64,000 bases of DNA from an uncultured delta proteobacterium (GTDB taxonomy: Bacteria; Myxococcota_A; Polyangia; Polyangiales; JAFGIB01): the NCBI GenBank assembly GCA_963778655.1, contig CAVZVA010000009.1, forward strand, positions 224,001 through 288,000. The letters run 5' to 3'. Shown piece by piece: positions 51,003 to 63,920 of the stretch (position 1 is the stretch's first letter; each line of letters opens with the position of its first letter). Below the pieces are notes generated by a model that was given only the letters and a program-made list of their open reading frames with translations, was not told where the DNA came from and made no database searches. The position numbers and the translations under genes were made by a program.

Positions 51003-51890
51003 ATGCGTACGTCGACCGAAAAAGCCGCGGTGTTGCACGAAGCGCTGCCCTACATCCGGCGCTTTCGCGGCAAGATCTTCGTGATCAAGTATGGCGGCGC
51101 CGCGATGGCCGACGAGGCTTTACGCGAGGGGTTCGCCCGCGACGTCGTGCTGATGAAATACGTCGGCATTCACCCGGTGGTGGTGCACGGCGGCGGACCG
51201 CAGATCGACGAGCACCTGGCGCGGCTCGGTATCGAGAGCCAGCGCGTGGACGGCCTGCGCATCACCGATGACCGCACCATGGAGGTGGTCGAGATGGTGC
51301 TGGCCGGCAAGATCAACAAGGAGATCGTCTCCCTGATCGGCCGCCACGGCGGCCGCGCGGTGGGCTTGTCCGGAGTCGACGACGGCTTGCTGCTGGCCCA
51401 GCGCCTGGCGCCGGTGCCGACGCGTGCGGGCGGCTCGGTCGACACCGGGCGCGTCGGCGCGATCACGCGCGTGCGGCCCGAGGTGCTGCAATCGCTGGTC
51501 GCCGCCGGCTTCGTGCCGGTGATCGCGCCGATTGCCGCCGACGTCTCGGGGCAGAGCCTGAACATCAACGCCGACACGGCGGCCGGCGCGGTCGCCGCGG
51601 CCTTGGGTGCCGAAAAGCTGGTGCTGATGACGGACACTCCGGGCGTGTGCGACGCGCAGGGCCGGCTGATCCAGTCGCTCACTGAAGAGGAGAGCAAGCA
51701 GCTTCGGCGCGACGGGGTGATCACCGGAGGCATGATCCCGAAGGTGGAGTGCGCGCTCGACGCGCTGGCCGGGGGGGTTCAGAAGAGCCACATCCTGGAC
51801 GGCCGCGAACAGCATGCGATCCTGCTGGAGATCTTCACCGATCGCGGGATCGGGACGCAGATCGTTCGCGGTCGCGCCGTTTCGGCGTGA
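51003..51890 (+). CDS. argB: Acetylglutamate kinase
   Basis: EALPYI, VIKYGGAAM, VVHGGGPQI, GLRITD, NINADTAA, GGMIPKV. Confidence 0.96.
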   Translation: MRTSTEKAAVLHEALPYIRRFRGKIFVIKYGGAAMADEALREGFARDVVLMKYVGIHPVVVHGGGPQIDEHLARLGIESQRVDGLRITDDRTMEVVEMVLAGKINKEIVSLIGRHGGRAVGLSGVDDGLLLAQRLAPVPTRAGGSVDTGRVGAITRVRPEVLQSLVAAGFVPVIAPIAADVSGQSLNINADTAAGAVAAALGAEKLVLMTDTPGVCDAQGRLIQSLTEEESKQLRRDGVITGGMIPKVECALDALAGGVQKSHILDGREQHAILLEIFTDRGIGTQIVRGRAVSA

Positions 51891-51916
51891 GCGCGGCCCA
51901 GCGCGGAGTCGGGAAC

Positions 51917-53125
51917 ATGACCAATGCGGAGCTAATCCAGATCGCGGGCAAGACACTTCTCGGCAACTACCGGCAGGCGCCGCTGGTGCTGGCGCAGGGC
52001 AAGGGCTGCCGCGTGCAGGACGTGGAGGGGCGTAGCTACCTCGATCTGTGCGCGGGCATTGCCGTGGTTTCGGTCGGGCACGGCCATCCGCGTCTGGCGC
52101 AGGCCATCTTCGAGCAGGCCGCGCGCCTGATCCACACCTCCAACCTGTTTTACAACCAGCGCGCGATCGAGCTTGCTGCAGAGCTCAAGCGACGCACGCC
52201 GTTCGACCGCTTCTACTTCTGCAACAGTGGCGCGGAGGCCAACGAGTCGCTGCTCAAGCTCGCACGACGCTACCACCACGACCGCGGCGAGCCGCAGCGC
52301 ACCGAGATCGTGGCGGCGCTCGGGAGCTTTCACGGGCGGACCATGGGCGCGCTCAGCATGACCGGGCAGCCGAAGTACCACCTCGGCATGGGACCGCTGC
52401 TGCCCGGCGTCGAGCACGTGCCCTTCAACGACGTCGCCGCGCTCGAGCAGGCGGTCTGCGAGCGCACCGCCGCGGTCGTGCTCGAGCCGATCCAGGGCGA
52501 GGGCGGCGTGGTGGTGGCGAGCGACGCTTACTTGCGGCGCGCGCGCGCGCTGTGCGACGAGCGCGGCGCGCTGCTCATGTTCGACGAGGTGCAGACCGGC
52601 TACGGCCGCACCGGGCGCTTCCTCGGCTGTGAGCACAGCGGGGTCGTGCCGGACGCGTGCGCGCTGGCCAAGGGTATCGGCTCGGGCTTTCCGCTCGGCG
52701 CGATGGCGGTGCGCGAGCAGCTCGCAAACGGCCTGCCACCGGGCTCGCACGCCTCGACCTTCGGCGGCAATCCGCTGGCGTGCGCGGCGGGCCTCGCGGT
52801 GCTCGCGATCCTCGACGAGGAGAAGCTGGTGCAGAACGCCGACGCGGTCGGCGAGCACCTGGGCAAGAGGCTTTCGCAGCTGGCTACCGGCACCGACGCG
52901 ATCACCGACGCGCGCGGGCGCGGCCTGCTGCGCGGCGTGCGGCTCGCGTCAGGGGTCGATCCGGCGGGCACGCTGGCGCGCGTGCGCGAGAAGGGCGTGT
53001 TGCTTTCGCTTGCCGGTGTCGACGTGCTGCGCTTCACGCCGCCGCTATGCGTCACCCGCGATGAAATCGACGAGGGCATCGAAGTCGTGCGGCAGGTGCT
53101 CGAGCAGCCGCCGCAGAAGGGGTGA
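51917..53125 (+). CDS. argD: Acetylornithine aminotransferase
   Basis: YLDLCAGIAV, HTSNLF, NSGAEANE, SFHGRT, EPIQGEGG, FDEVQTGYGRTG, LAKG, STFGGNP. Confidence 0.93.
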   Translation: MTNAELIQIAGKTLLGNYRQAPLVLAQGKGCRVQDVEGRSYLDLCAGIAVVSVGHGHPRLAQAIFEQAARLIHTSNLFYNQRAIELAAELKRRTPFDRFYFCNSGAEANESLLKLARRYHHDRGEPQRTEIVAALGSFHGRTMGALSMTGQPKYHLGMGPLLPGVEHVPFNDVAALEQAVCERTAAVVLEPIQGEGGVVVASDAYLRRARALCDERGALLMFDEVQTGYGRTGRFLGCEHSGVVPDACALAKGIGSGFPLGAMAVREQLANGLPPGSHASTFGGNPLACAAGLAVLAILDEEKLVQNADAVGEHLGKRLSQLATGTDAITDARGRGLLRGVRLASGVDPAGTLARVREKGVLLSLAGVDVLRFTPPLCVTRDEIDEGIEVVRQVLEQPPQKG

Positions 53126-53128
53126 GCC

Positions 53129-54043
<915 letters not shown>

Positions 54044-54107
54044 AGACTCGCAGTGCTCGGGTCGATGCCTGGTACAACCACCCGGAAGCTCGATCAGGGT
54101 TCGGGCG

Positions 54108-54195
54108 ACGCGGGAGCGAAGCGACCCACGCGGAAGGGTGGGGCCCCAACGGCTTTGCCGGTGCGGCGGGAGGGGCGCGTGCCCCTCTCGATCAC
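54108..54195 (+). repeat. REP/MITE-like repeat, family B
   Basis: GCGGGAGCGAAGCGACCCACGCGGAAGGGTGGGGCCCCAACGGCTTTGCC..GGGAGGGGCGCGTGCCCCTCTCGATCAC; matches reverse of 28995-29090. Confidence 0.8.
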
Positions 54196-54469
54196 AAGAA
54201 GGGCTAGGGAGCATCGGAGCGGAAATCCGGAACGGACTACGCACCGATGGACTAGCGTCGCACGCACAGTCGGCGCCGAGGTGTGAGCTGCGCCACCTCG
54301 CCTCCGCTCGGTCTCGACTTCGTACAGCCCGGCGTGGGTGGTAGACTGGATCGCGATGACGCTCCCTGCGTGCGGTTCCCGGAAGGGCCGGCCGGCCCTC
54401 CCGGCCCGGCCCCTTCGTCCCTCCCTGGTCCGGCACGCTTTCGCGCCCGATCGCGGAGGCCGTTGAGCG

Positions 54470-56005
54470 ATGGCCCGCATCCCGACTCCCGTGCGGGGCG
54501 TGAACCTGCTCTCGCTGCCCCTCAGCACCACCGAGGGTTTCGTGCTCTCGCGCGTGGATGGCTCGACCTCGGTCGAGGACATCTCGATCATGAGCGGGAT
54601 CGACCAGAACAAGGTGCTGACCATTCTCGACCGGCTCGCCGAGCTGGGTGCAGTCGAGCTCTCGTGGCTCGGTCCACGCGTCAAGCCGCCCGCGGCAGCC
54701 GCCGACGCTGACGCGGCTCGCTCCCAACCGGCCAAGCCTGCGGACAACCACTTTGCGGCGGCGCGCCCGCGCTACCCGCGCGCCGAGATCGAGGCGGATG
54801 CGGACATCCCCAAGGAAAAGCGCAAGCGCATTCTCGACGCGTACTACGCGATGGAGGGGCGCAATCACTACCAGCTGCTGGGCGTCTCGCGAAGGGCCGA
54901 CAAGAAGACCATCCGCGCGGCCTACTTCGAGCTGTCGAAGCTGTTTCACCCCGACGCGTACTTCGGCAAGCAGCTCGGCGGCTTCAAGCTCAAGATGGAG
55001 GAGGTGTTCAAGCGCCTGACCGAGGCCTACGAGACGCTCGGCAAGTCCAAGAAGCGTGCCGAGTACGACGAGTACCTCGCCAGCACGGAGCAGACGCAGC
55101 GCGCGCGCCAGACGCTCGACTCGCTCGAGTTTTCCGCCGAGGAGATCCAGGCGCTGCGGGAGGCTGCCGAGCGCGTCCGCGCGGAGGCGGCGGCGCGCGA
55201 GGCCGCACGGGCCGAGTCCGAAGCCTTGCGTCCGCCACGGGTACCCGCAGCCGATTCCCAGCCGGTCCGGTCGGCGGCGCCTTCGCCGGCGACCAGCCAG
55301 CGGCCGGCGCCGACCAACGCGGAGCGCCGGGCGCGCGTGCGCGACCGGCTGCGCCAGCGCCTGGGCTCGATCTCGTCGCAACGGCCCGCCGGACCCGCCT
55401 CGCAGCCGCCTCCGCCTTCGGCGGAGAGTCGCCGCAGCCTCATCGACGGCCTCAAGCAGTCGATCCGCGCGAGCGCGGCGCTCAGCGCGTCGCCGCGGGC
55501 CCAGGTGGACAGCCACGTCAAGAAAGCCGCGGAGGCCGAACGCGCCGGCGACGTGTTGCTCGCGGCCAGCCAGCTTCAGGCGGCGCTGGTGATCGACCCC
55601 AAGAATCAGGAGCTACTCGCCGAGTACGACAGGGTGAGCAAGGTAGTCGCGCGTAACCTGGCCGTGAACTACGAGAAACAGGCCCAGTACGAGGAAAAGA
55701 CCGGCAACTGGCAGGCTGCTGCCCGCTCCTGGGCCCGGGTGAGCGACGGCCGGCCGGAGGACGCGCACGCCGCCTACAAGGCGGCGGAGGCGATGCTCAA
55801 GGCGAGCGATGACCTACACCGCGCTCAGAAGTACGCGCAGAAGGCCGTGAACCTGGACGGCCGCAACCTCACCCATCTCACGGTTTTGGCTCGTGTATAC
55901 TTGGCTGCCGGGCTGAAGCTCAACGCTGTGCGCGAGCTCGAAAAAGCTGCTCAGTTGGCTCCGGGCGACGAATTGGTGAACAATCTTCTGCGCGAGGCGC
56001 GTTAG
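54470..56005 (+). CDS. J-domain co-chaperone with N-terminal winged-helix-like domain and C-terminal TPRs
   Basis: NHYQLLGV..IRAAYFELSKLFHPD..FKRLTEAYETL..RAEYD; N-terminal EGFVLSRVDG; TPR helices at C-terminus. Confidence 0.92.
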   Translation: MARIPTPVRGVNLLSLPLSTTEGFVLSRVDGSTSVEDISIMSGIDQNKVLTILDRLAELGAVELSWLGPRVKPPAAAADADAARSQPAKPADNHFAAARPRYPRAEIEADADIPKEKRKRILDAYYAMEGRNHYQLLGVSRRADKKTIRAAYFELSKLFHPDAYFGKQLGGFKLKMEEVFKRLTEAYETLGKSKKRAEYDEYLASTEQTQRARQTLDSLEFSAEEIQALREAAERVRAEAAAREAARAESEALRPPRVPAADSQPVRSAAPSPATSQRPAPTNAERRARVRDRLRQRLGSISSQRPAGPASQPPPPSAESRRSLIDGLKQSIRASAALSASPRAQVDSHVKKAAEAERAGDVLLAASQLQAALVIDPKNQELLAEYDRVSKVVARNLAVNYEKQAQYEEKTGNWQAAARSWARVSDGRPEDAHAAYKAAEAMLKASDDLHRAQKYAQKAVNLDGRNLTHLTVLARVYLAAGLKLNAVRELEKAAQLAPGDELVNNLLREAR

Positions 56006-56025
56006 CCGGGCCTCCACCACCAAAC

Positions 56026-57852
<1,827 letters not shown>

Positions 57853-57878
57853 AAGGCCCTTGGGGTGGTCCGTGCGTA

Positions 57879-58682
57879 GTGTCCAAACGCAACAAAGACC
57901 CGAGCAATAGCCCGCCGCGCGGCGCGTTTTCGCGTCGTGCGGGCCCCGGCTCGCCCAGCAGCTCTCCCAAGAACGAGCCTCCCAAGCTGCCCTCGGGGCT
58001 CGGAGTCAGCCTGTTCCCGCCTGCCTCCGGTCCGCCGGCCGGCGCCGAGGAGGTGGTGCTCGACGACATCACCCAGAACGCGCCCGCGCACCGCCCGAGC
58101 AGCTTCCCGCCCCCGCTCGGGCACAGCGAGGGCCACGACGCGTGGACGCTCGAGCGCATGAGCCGCCAGAGCACCGTGCCCCCGCAGCGCAGCGAGGAGG
58201 TCGACCGGCTGCGCGAGCTCGCGACGCGTTCCAGCCTCAGGCCCGAGCCCGCTCCGGGGGAGGGCGACGCCCTCGACCTGGTCGATCGCTCGCGGCCCTC
58301 GCAGCAGCTCGACCTGATGGGCGAGATGGAGGAGCTCTACGCCCTCGACGATCTCACGGGCGCGTTGCGCTACGCCGAGCTGATCCTGGGGCGCGAGCCC
58401 GATAACAGCCAGGCCAAGCGCTGCGCCGAGAATTGCCGCAAGCGCCTGCTCGGCCTGTACTCCTCCAAGATCGGCAACCTGGGCGCGGTGCCGGTGCCGG
58501 CGCTGGGCGACGCGGAGCTGCGCTGGCTCGGCCTCGACCACCGCTCTGGGTTCCTGCTCTCGCGCGTCGACGGCGTCTCGACCGTGGAGGAGGTGCTGGA
58601 CGTGTGCGGCATGCCGCGTCTGGAGGCGCTCAAGACGCTGGTCGACCTGCTGGATCGGGGCGCGATCCGGATGGTGAAGTAG
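57879..58682 (+). CDS. Hypothetical protein: disordered N-terminus, TPR-like helix pair, C-terminal winged-helix-like domain
   Basis: [40 protein letters not shown] aligns with the N-terminus of the 54470 protein. Confidence 0.8.
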   Translation: MSKRNKDPSNSPPRGAFSRRAGPGSPSSSPKNEPPKLPSGLGVSLFPPASGPPAGAEEVVLDDITQNAPAHRPSSFPPPLGHSEGHDAWTLERMSRQSTVPPQRSEEVDRLRELATRSSLRPEPAPGEGDALDLVDRSRPSQQLDLMGEMEELYALDDLTGALRYAELILGREPDNSQAKRCAENCRKRLLGLYSSKIGNLGAVPVPALGDAELRWLGLDHRSGFLLSRVDGVSTVEEVLDVCGMPRLEALKTLVDLLDRGAIRMVK

Positions 58683-58753
58683 CCGGCCCGGCGGGGACGC
58701 TGCCGCCAGGGGCCCGCTTGCGCGCTTGCCCGCCGCGGCTATGCTCCGCGGCC

Positions 58754-59971
58754 ATGAAGCAGCAGCCGATTGAGAAGGTGGTCCTGGCCTACAGCGGGGG
58801 CCTGGACACCTCGGTGATCCTGGCCTGGCTCAAGGACAAGTACGGGGCCGAGGTGATCGCGTTCTGCGCCGACATCGGCCAGGCCGAAGAGCTTGCCGGT
58901 CTGCCCGAGAAGGCGAAGCAGACCGGTGCCTCGGCCTGCGTGGTGCGCGATCTGCGCGAGGAGTTCGTGCGCGACTTCTGCTTTCCGATGCTGCGCGCGA
59001 ACGCCGTCTACGAGGGCGAGTACCTGCTGGGTACCTCGATCGCGCGTCCGGTCATCGCCAAGGGTATGATGGACGTGGCCCGGGAATACGGTGCCGACGC
59101 GATCGCGCACGGCGCGACCGGCAAGGGTAACGACCAGGTGCGCTTCGAGCTGACGGCGATGGCGATCGATCCGCGTATCCGCGTGATCGCGCCTTGGCGC
59201 GAGTGGGAGCTGAAGTCGCGCAGCGACTGCATCGAGTACGCGAGCCGGCGCGGTATCCCCGTCACCGCCACCAAGGACAAGCCTTACTCGACCGATCGCA
59301 ACCTGTTCCACATCAGCTACGAAGGTGGCGTGCTCGAGGACCCGTGGGCCGAGCCGGACGAGAGCATCTTCCTGTTGACGCGGGACCCTCGCAAGGCGCC
59401 GGATCAACCGCGCTACCTCACGCTCCATTACCGCGACGGCAACGCGGTGGCGATCGACGGCGAGCCGCTCGAGCCGGCGGCGCTGCTGGCGAAGCTCAAC
59501 CAGATCGGCGGCGAGCACGGCATCGGGCGCGCCGACATCGTGGAGAATCGCTTCGTGGGCATGAAGTCGCGCGGCGTGTACGAGACGCCGGGCGGAACCA
59601 TCCTTCACAAGGCCCACCGCGCGGTCGAGTCGATCACGCTCGACCGCGAGGTGATGCGGATCCGCGACTCGCTCATCCCAGAGTACGCCGCGCTGGTGTA
59701 TCGCGGCTTCTGGTTCGCGCCCGAGCGGCTGGTGCTGCAAGCGCTGATCGACGAGGCGCAGCGCGGCGTGAGCGGCGAGGCCCGCCTCAAGCTGTTCAAG
59801 GGAAACGCAACCGTGGTCGGCCGGCGCAGCGAGCAGACGCTTTACGACCCTGCGTTCGCCACCTTCGAGCGCGACGAGGTCTACGACCAGTCCGACGCGA
59901 CCGGGTTCATCCGGCTCAACGCGCTGCGTTTGAGAATTCGCGCGCTGCGCGATCAGCGCCGCGGCCCCTGA
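58754..59971 (+). CDS. argG: Argininosuccinate synthase
   Basis: [52 protein letters not shown]. Confidence 0.97.
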   Translation: MKQQPIEKVVLAYSGGLDTSVILAWLKDKYGAEVIAFCADIGQAEELAGLPEKAKQTGASACVVRDLREEFVRDFCFPMLRANAVYEGEYLLGTSIARPVIAKGMMDVAREYGADAIAHGATGKGNDQVRFELTAMAIDPRIRVIAPWREWELKSRSDCIEYASRRGIPVTATKDKPYSTDRNLFHISYEGGVLEDPWAEPDESIFLLTRDPRKAPDQPRYLTLHYRDGNAVAIDGEPLEPAALLAKLNQIGGEHGIGRADIVENRFVGMKSRGVYETPGGTILHKAHRAVESITLDREVMRIRDSLIPEYAALVYRGFWFAPERLVLQALIDEAQRGVSGEARLKLFKGNATVVGRRSEQTLYDPAFATFERDEVYDQSDATGFIRLNALRLRIRALRDQRRGP

Positions 59972-60137
59972 AGGGCTTGCGAGCGGGCTGGAATAGGCAG
60001 TCGTTCCGGCCGGTTGGGGAGCAGTAAGGGCGCCCTTGCGGCCTCCTGGACCCGTCGCTACACTGGCATATCATTGCGCCTGAATCCGAGGCGCCTGCGA
60101 ACCAGGCGCTGGAGTCGTTGGCTGGAGCGTTGAAGCG

Positions 60138-61436
60138 TTGGGCGACTCGATAGGGGGGCCAAGTACCAATCTGTTGGGTGTCTTGGCCTGCATCATTGCT
60201 GGCGTGTGGTTCGCGGCCGTCGACGAGGCCCTGGCCGCATTCGGCGAGGGCAGGGCACGGGCGGCCCGCGAAGCCGGCGACAAGCACGCGGCCACCGCCG
60301 CGCGCTACCTCCACGCGGGCAAGGCGATCCGGGTCCGCCTGCTGACCGGACGCGTGCTCGCGCTGGTCGGCACCGCCGTGCTGGCCTATGACCTGGCCTG
60401 GCACCTGGACAGCAGCACCTGGGCGCGTCGCGGTGTGGTCGCGATCGCGGCGCTGGTGTACGCCACCGCGGTCGGCGCCGTCACCACGCTGGCCTCGCGC
60501 CGCGCCAGCCGGCTGGCGTTGCCGCTGCTGCGCTGGTCGCGGCCGGCCGAGCTGCTGCTCGCGCCGCTGTCCGCGCCGCTGGTGTGGGCGAGCGACCTGC
60601 TCGACCGGCTGTATCCGCCGCGCCCCGAGGACGATCCCCAGCGCGTCACCGACGACGTGGTGGAGCAGCTGATCGAGCGCGGCGAGGAGCAGGGCGCGAT
60701 CGAGCAGGAGCACGCAGAGCTGCTGCTGAGCGTGCTCGAGTTCCGCGAGACCGTGGCGCGCGAGATCATGGTGCCGCGCACCTCCATGGTTGCGATCGAC
60801 ATCGACACCTCGATGAGCGACGTGATCAAGCTGATCGTGGAAGAGGGTCACAGCCGCTATCCGGTCTATCGCGGCAGCGCCGATCATCCGGTCGGCATCC
60901 TCTACGCCAAGGATCTGTTCCGGCTGATGCAGGACGGCGGCGGCTTCTACGGCAAGTTGGAAGACCAGATCCGCACGCCGGTGTTCTTCGCGGCCGAATC
61001 GCAGAAGATTAGCGACCTGCTGCGGCAGATGCGCTCGCGCCGCACGCACCTGGCGATCGTGGCCGACGAGTACGGCGGCACCAGCGGGATGATCACGCTC
61101 GAGGACATAATCGAGGAGATCGTGGGCGAGATCCGCGACGAGCACGACGCCGACGAGCTGGCGGTCAAGCAGATCGCGCCGGGGCGCTACCTCGCCAAAG
61201 CCGACGTGTCCGTGCACGACGTGGCCGAGATCACCGGGCTGCGCCTGCCCGAGGGAGCCTCGGGCTACGAGTCGCTGGGCGGCATGCTGATCGACATCGC
61301 AGGACGCGTGCCCCGCAGCGGTGAGTCGATCGAGATCGGCGCCCACGACCTGATCGTGCGCGCCGCCGACGAGCGACGCGTGACCCGTGTCGAAGTGGTG
61401 GCGCGCACCCCACAGGTGCCGCCCGCCGCCGAGTAG
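60138..61436 (+). CDS. CNNM/hemolysin-family protein (TM + CBS pair + CorC domain)
   Basis: TM helices, AREIMVPRT, GHSRYPVY, HLAIVADEYGGTSGMITLEDIIEEIVGEIRDEHD, YESLGG; start uncertain. Confidence 0.92.
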   Translation: MGDSIGGPSTNLLGVLACIIAGVWFAAVDEALAAFGEGRARAAREAGDKHAATAARYLHAGKAIRVRLLTGRVLALVGTAVLAYDLAWHLDSSTWARRGVVAIAALVYATAVGAVTTLASRRASRLALPLLRWSRPAELLLAPLSAPLVWASDLLDRLYPPRPEDDPQRVTDDVVEQLIERGEEQGAIEQEHAELLLSVLEFRETVAREIMVPRTSMVAIDIDTSMSDVIKLIVEEGHSRYPVYRGSADHPVGILYAKDLFRLMQDGGGFYGKLEDQIRTPVFFAAESQKISDLLRQMRSRRTHLAIVADEYGGTSGMITLEDIIEEIVGEIRDEHDADELAVKQIAPGRYLAKADVSVHDVAEITGLRLPEGASGYESLGGMLIDIAGRVPRSGESIEIGAHDLIVRAADERRVTRVEVVARTPQVPPAAE

Positions 61437-61486
61437 CGTAGCTCGCCGCCGGCGCACCGGTGCGGCGCCGGGCTCATTCAGAATTC

Positions 61487-61580
61487 ACAGGCAGGCGGGA
61501 AGACGAGAAGGAGGCTTACCGGGCGCGGCTCCGACTCCTCGATCGATCGTCAACCCTTGCCGTCTTCCCGTCTTGCGGTG
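61487..61580. repeat. REP-like inverted repeat, family A; right arm overlaps 3' end of phosphoesterase gene
   Basis: ACAGGCAGGCGGGAAGACGAGAAG (61487-510) ... CTTGCCGTCTTCCCGTCTTGCGGTG (61556-80). Confidence 0.65.
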
Positions 61581-62257
61581 TCTTGCTCCAGCTCGACCCA
61601 GGTCTGCTCGATCGTGGCGCCGCCCAGCTTGGGGAAGATCAGCGTGAAATGCGCGACCCCGCCGCCCGGCGCGCAGCCCACCGAGCCCACGTTGATCACG
61701 TCGATCTCGTCGACGACGCGGGCGAACGGCACGTGGGTCGACCCGCACACCACGATGTCCGCCGGGTCGTCGGCCAGCAGCTCGCGCACGCGATCGTCGT
61801 CTAGATCGTGGCCGATGCCTTCGAACGGATCCGCGGGGCTGCCGTGGACCAGCAGCAGCTCGCGGCCGTCGACCATCGGCAGTCGGATCCGATCCGGCAG
61901 CTCCGCGATTCGGCGCAAGATCAGGTCGCCCACGGCCCTGCGGGTGTCCGCGAAGCGGGCGGCCATCGCGGCTTCTTCCGGGCTGCTAGGGCGCAGCTTG
62001 GCCGGGTCGATCGTCGCCAACGCGACGTCGCTGGTGCCGCGCACGCAACGCGCGCCCAGCGCTTGGAGGCGCTGCCACACCTCCAGCGGCTGCTCGCCGC
62101 CCAGCAGCAGGTCTCCGGCCACGAACACCTCCGCCACCGCGCGCCGCCGCAGCTCGGCCAGCACAGCCTCCAGCGCGCGCAGGTTGCCGTGCACGTCCGC
62201 GAGAAAGGCCATGGGCTCGGCAGCGGGCCGGGGCCCTATCCGGTCGGTGGGGGGCAT
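61550..62257 (-). CDS. Metallophosphoesterase (YfcE-like) with substituted metal ligands
   Basis: FLADVHGN, AGDLL, VRGTSD, VHGSP, CGSTHVPF, INVGSVG. Confidence 0.85.
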   Translation of the reverse strand: MPPTDRIGPRPAAEPMAFLADVHGNLRALEAVLAELRRRAVAEVFVAGDLLLGGEQPLEVWQRLQALGARCVRGTSDVALATIDPAKLRPSSPEEAAMAARFADTRRAVGDLILRRIAELPDRIRLPMVDGRELLLVHGSPADPFEGIGHDLDDDRVRELLADDPADIVVCGSTHVPFARVVDEIDVINVGSVGCAPGGGVAHFTLIFPKLGGATIEQTWVELEQDTARREDGKG

Positions 62258-62378
62258 GGTCGAGTCGGGCTAGCTTAGCACCGCAGTCGAGCCGCGGATT
62301 CTCGGGGGCTCTCGCGCCGACACGATCCGCCCGGGGCGAGCGCCGTAAGAACCGAACGAGCATCCCGGCAAGAACTTG

Positions 62379-62408
62379 GTAGGTCAAAGTAGGTCAAGGT
62401 ACGATACT
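62379..62408 (+). promoter_or_regulatory. 10-bp-period direct repeat next to a -10-like hexamer
   Basis: GTAGGTCAAA GTAGGTCAAG GTACGATACT in the divergent intergenic region; TACGAT at 62400-62405. Confidence 0.55.
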
Positions 62409-62433
62409 CGAGCCGAAGCCAGGAGATGCGCCC

Positions 62434-62892
62434 TTGAACGCCGGCAAGCTCAAGCCGCCCGTCCGCGCGACCCGGACGGCCGGTCTCGCGCGGCGCACCG
62501 GCGCGATCACGCTCGGGCGCGGGCTCGAGGAGGCGCTGTTTGGCTTCGCCGAGGTGCTCTCCGAGGGCAGCTGCCGCGGCGGCCACGGTCAACCCGACAG
62601 CTATTTCGGCAGCACCATGATCAGCGTCGAGCTGGAGCAGCTGCGCGCGTGGTTCCGCGGCGGCTTCGACGCGCGCGCAAGGCGCGAATTGATCGAGGCC
62701 CTAGACGGCTCCGTGCGCGTGAGACTGCGCGCGATGCGGCTATCGCGAGCCGAGGCCGCACGGCGCGTGCCTGACCGCACGCTGGGGACGGTGTACGTAG
62801 AGACCACGGTGCGGCTCACCGAGCATCAGCTTCACATCGACGTCGACCTCGAGGCGCAGTTGAGCGTATCCTCCGACGCGGGTCGCTCGTGA
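62434..62892 (+). CDS. Hypothetical protein
   Basis: TTG start after AGGAGA; 152 aa; stop overlaps the next GTG (GTGA). Confidence 0.7.
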   Translation: MNAGKLKPPVRATRTAGLARRTGAITLGRGLEEALFGFAEVLSEGSCRGGHGQPDSYFGSTMISVELEQLRAWFRGGFDARARRELIEALDGSVRVRLRAMRLSRAEAARRVPDRTLGTVYVETTVRLTEHQLHIDVDLEAQLSVSSDAGRS

Positions 62893-63920
62893 GCGAGGAC
62901 AACGTCATTCACGTGGACTTCGGGCAGCGCGGCCGCCGCGCCCGCCCCCCTGCGTCCACCGTCCGCTCCGAGGACCCGGAGGCGGCGGGCGGGCGGCGCC
63001 TGCTGTCCGCGCAGGGCTCGGATCGGCCTGCCACGCCGCGCAGCAAGGATCCGCTGGCGGACATTTACAGCATGCGCGAGGCTGCCAAGCTGTTCGCCCT
63101 CTCGCCGAGCCGCCTGCGCTACTGGGAGCGCAGCGGCTTCATCGTCCGCTCGATGCGGTTGGACGAGCAGCGCTACTACAGCTTCGAGGATCTGATCTCG
63201 CTGCGCGCCGCCAAGGAGCTGTTGGACGAGGGGGTGGCGTTGCAGGCCGTGCGCCGCAGCGTGGAGGCCCTGCGCGCCTCGCTGCCGCGGGTGGCACGCC
63301 CGCTCAGCTCGCTGCGGATCGTGGCCGAGGGCCACAGCCTGCTGGTGCGCGACGACCACGGCAGCTACGAGCCGACCACCGGTCAGCTCCGCCTCGACTT
63401 CGAGGTCCGAGAGCTGCGCGACGACGTCGTGCGGGTGCTGCGTCGCAGCGGCCGGCAGAGCGACTTTGCGCTGGCCTACCAGAGCTACCTCGAAGGTTGT
63501 CGTTTCGACGAGAACCCCGACACCTTCGATCGCGCCGAAGCGGCGTACCGGCGCGCAGTCGAGCTCGATCCCTCGCTGGCCAATGCGGTGACCAATCTCG
63601 GCAACCTGATGTACCGCCGTGGCCGCCTGGAGGAGGCGGAGAACCTCTATGTGCGCGCGCTGCAGATCGATCCGGAACAGCCCGAGGCGTTCTACAACCT
63701 GGGCTTCCTGCTCTACGATCGTGGCGAGACCGCAGCCGCGGTGCTCAACTTCCGGCGCGCGCTGCGCACCGACCCGGCGTTTGCCGACGCGCACTTTAAC
63801 CTGGCGATGGCGCTGGCCGACCTCGGCCAAGCGCAGGACGCCCGCGAGCACTGGGAGACCTACCTGCGTCTCGATCCCGACAGCCCCTGGGCGGAAATCG
63901 CGCGCCGTCACCTGGAGTGA
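62889..63920 (+). CDS. MerR-type HTH + TPR protein
   Basis: YSMREAAKLFALSPSRLRYWERSGFI..YYSFEDL; EPTTGQLRLDF; TPRs (NLGNL, FYNLG, HFNLA, YLRLDPDS). Confidence 0.9.
   Translation: MSEDNVIHVDFGQRGRRARPPASTVRSEDPEAAGGRRLLSAQGSDRPATPRSKDPLADIYSMREAAKLFALSPSRLRYWERSGFIVRSMRLDEQRYYSFEDLISLRAAKELLDEGVALQAVRRSVEALRASLPRVARPLSSLRIVAEGHSLLVRDDHGSYEPTTGQLRLDFEVRELRDDVVRVLRRSGRQSDFALAYQSYLEGCRFDENPDTFDRAEAAYRRAVELDPSLANAVTNLGNLMYRRGRLEEAENLYVRALQIDPEQPEAFYNLGFLLYDRGETAAAVLNFRRALRTDPAFADAHFNLAMALADLGQAQDAREHWETYLRLDPDSPWAEIARRHLE

Noticed and set aside
60064..60077. Sigma54-like TGGCAT...TTGC upstream of the CNNM gene
   Set aside because: GG to GC spacing is 9 nt, not the required 10.
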